IMG/VR virus record: IMGVR_UViG_3300040971_000196
Span: 1,032-65,031 of that record
From: a virus
Direction: 5' to 3' (one strand)
Length of the DNA stretch: 64,000 bases
Shown here piece after piece: positions 62,425-64,000 of this stretch; the first letter of the stretch is position 1; every line of letters starts with the position of its first letter. The notes beneath the pieces were generated by a model. It did not search any database. It saw only the letters and a list, made by a program, of their open reading frames with translations, and was not told where the DNA came from. The position numbers were made by a program, and so were the translations under genes.

Positions 62425-64000
62425 ATGGTATCAGCCCGGTTTTTCGCCGAGTTGTTCGACGCCATTGTAAGCGACGAACAACTTATGTATATTTGGATTC
62501 CAAACAGCGGGTCCGTCTATTTTGCAGACACGAACCAAGCGGCAGCTTATGCCCAAAGCAGACATACAGAAAATGTCTACTTTGGCCTTGGTACGACATC
62601 AAAGAACTTGGGCGCCAATAAGCGTCCATCGGCGTTGCAAGTATCAAGCATTCCAGGTCTATGGCTTGATATAGATATTGCCGGTCCTGCACACAAGAAA
62701 GAAAATCTCCCCGCCTCACATGAAGACGCGATAGATCTCTTAAAATCCTCTCTGCCTCTACCCCCTACCATCCTGGTCGATTCTGGCCACGGCCTCCACG
62801 CCTACTGGCTCTTCAAGGAGCCGTGGATGTTTGAAACTGAGGACGAGCGCCAGCAGGCCGCTTCTCTGATGAGGCGTTTTGTCCTCAGTTTCAAATACCA
62901 TGCAGCTGTCCGCGGCTGGGCGATGGACAGCGTCTTTGACCTGGCCAGGGTACTTCGTGTCCCGGGCACACTGAACACGAAGCCCGGTGCGGAGCAAATG
63001 TTGTGCTCCGTTCGGGACGCTGATTATGAACGCCGGTACAACCCTGATGAGTTCTACCAGTTTCTGGTGGACACGGAAGAAGTCAGAAACGACGACGACA
63101 TTGCCGAGATGTTGTCGGCCGATAGAAACCCATTCAACCTGTTTCTCCGGCATGATGCCGCCCCGCCCTGGCAGAAATTCGACGCTATGAAGGAGATTGA
63201 GCCGCGGTTCATCCTAACCTGGGACAAGAGGCGCAGAGATCTGCAGGACCAGTCACCATCGAGCTATGACATGGCACTGATCAACTTGCTGGTGTCCTAT
63301 AAATGGGCCGAGCAGGACATAGCTAACACGGTGATTGCCTTCAGGCGCAAGCACGCAAAGAATGACCGCGAGGCAAAGAAGGCCCTGCGTGTGGACTACA
63401 TCACCCGAACTATCATGAAGGCCAAGAAGGTCTTCGAGAAATTCGAAGACGATGAACAGGAGGCTCACTGTGATCTGAATGAAGAAATTCTGGAGCTCAC
63501 AGAACAGAATATGGCGGCAGAACGAGACCCCAGCGTGGAGCCCCCGTCAAAGGAGGCCATTGCCAAGATGCTTGAGCCAATTCTCAAGGTAAAAATCAAA
63601 AAGTTGGTGAAATATGTATGTGATGAACCGAAGTTTGAGATGGTGCTTGAAGACGGGTCTGTTCTTTCCCTCGGAACTATCGATAAGATCATCAATCAGC
63701 GGCACATCAAAAATGTCATTGCCGCGCATAAGGGCAAGATCATCAAGATCATTAAGGCCCCGGCGTGGGACCAGTACGCAACACTCCTTATGCAGCTCGT
63801 TGAAGAAGTCACGCCAGCGGCTGAAGACGCGACCGAGAAGGGAAACTTCATATCAACCCTGGAGCTTTACCTGGAGGCTAAGGGGATCATTACAGACAGG
63901 GACTCTGCTTTCTCTACAGGACGACCGTTCTGGCATGACAGCAAGGCCTACATTTTCTCTTCAGATTTTGTGAACTGGACGAAATTCAATGCCGAGCCCA
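62425..64000 (+). CDS. RepB-type (AEP superfamily) DNA primase; runs off the right edge
   Basis: Hand translation from ATG 62425 (GGAGG SD) gives NVYFG, LWLDID, PTILVDSGHGLHAYWLF and DLARVLRVPGTLNTK. Missing from the ORF track, consistent with no stop before the edge. Confidence 0.8.
   Translation, partial: MVSARFFAELFDAIVSDEQLMYIWIPNSGSVYFADTNQAAAYAQSRHTENVYFGLGTTSKNLGANKRPSALQVSSIPGLWLDIDIAGPAHKKENLPASHEDAIDLLKSSLPLPPTILVDSGHGLHAYWLFKEPWMFETEDERQQAASLMRRFVLSFKYHAAVRGWAMDSVFDLARVLRVPGTLNTKPGAEQMLCSVRDADYERRYNPDEFYQFLVDTEEVRNDDDIAEMLSADRNPFNLFLRHDAAPPWQKFDAMKEIEPRFILTWDKRRRDLQDQSPSSYDMALINLLVSYKWAEQDIANTVIAFRRKHAKNDREAKKALRVDYITRTIMKAKKVFEKFEDDEQEAHCDLNEEILELTEQNMAAERDPSVEPPSKEAIAKMLEPILKVKIKKLVKYVCDEPKFEMVLEDGSVLSLGTIDKIINQRHIKNVIAAHKGKIIKIIKAPAWDQYATLLMQLVEEVTPAAEDATEKGNFISTLELYLEAKGIITDRDSAFSTGRPFWHDSKAYIFSSDFVNWTKFNAEP

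Noticed and set aside
1..64000. tRNA genes, integrase/att sites, host taxonomy
   Set aside because: None recognisable by eye; lifestyle and host cannot be determined from this window.

Overview
The window is tailed dsDNA phage or prophage DNA, most likely from a Gram-negative host. No integrase, tRNA or CRISPR array is visible. The left ~41 kb is on the minus strand. In transcription order it holds TerL, portal, scaffold, major capsid protein, podovirus-like tail and ejection genes, and a 4168-aa large polyvalent protein. Two complete lysis cassettes follow, separated by a tail-spike/fibre block. TerS lies ~2 kb upstream of TerL, and the gap holds an oppositely oriented, repeat-rich mini-operon. 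The right ~20 kb is on the plus strand and encodes early and replication genes: BRO-N, SSB-like proteins, DUF932, many small ORFs, a SNF2 helicase and a RepB-type primase cut off by the window edge. Main observations: (1) TerL carries a 340-aa intein with no in-frame endonuclease; instead a complete HNH endonuclease gene with its own strong Shine-Dalgarno site is nested inside it in another frame of the same strand. (2) Both lysis cassettes lack recognisable spanins, and in both a small phospholipase-A2-like gene (CCxEHDxxY) is translationally coupled to the holin. (3) The helicase carries a Pro-start class-3 LAGLIDADG intein in its Walker A motif. (4) A phage-specific upstream motif recurs six times. 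All calls come from motif reading by eye; no database searches were run.
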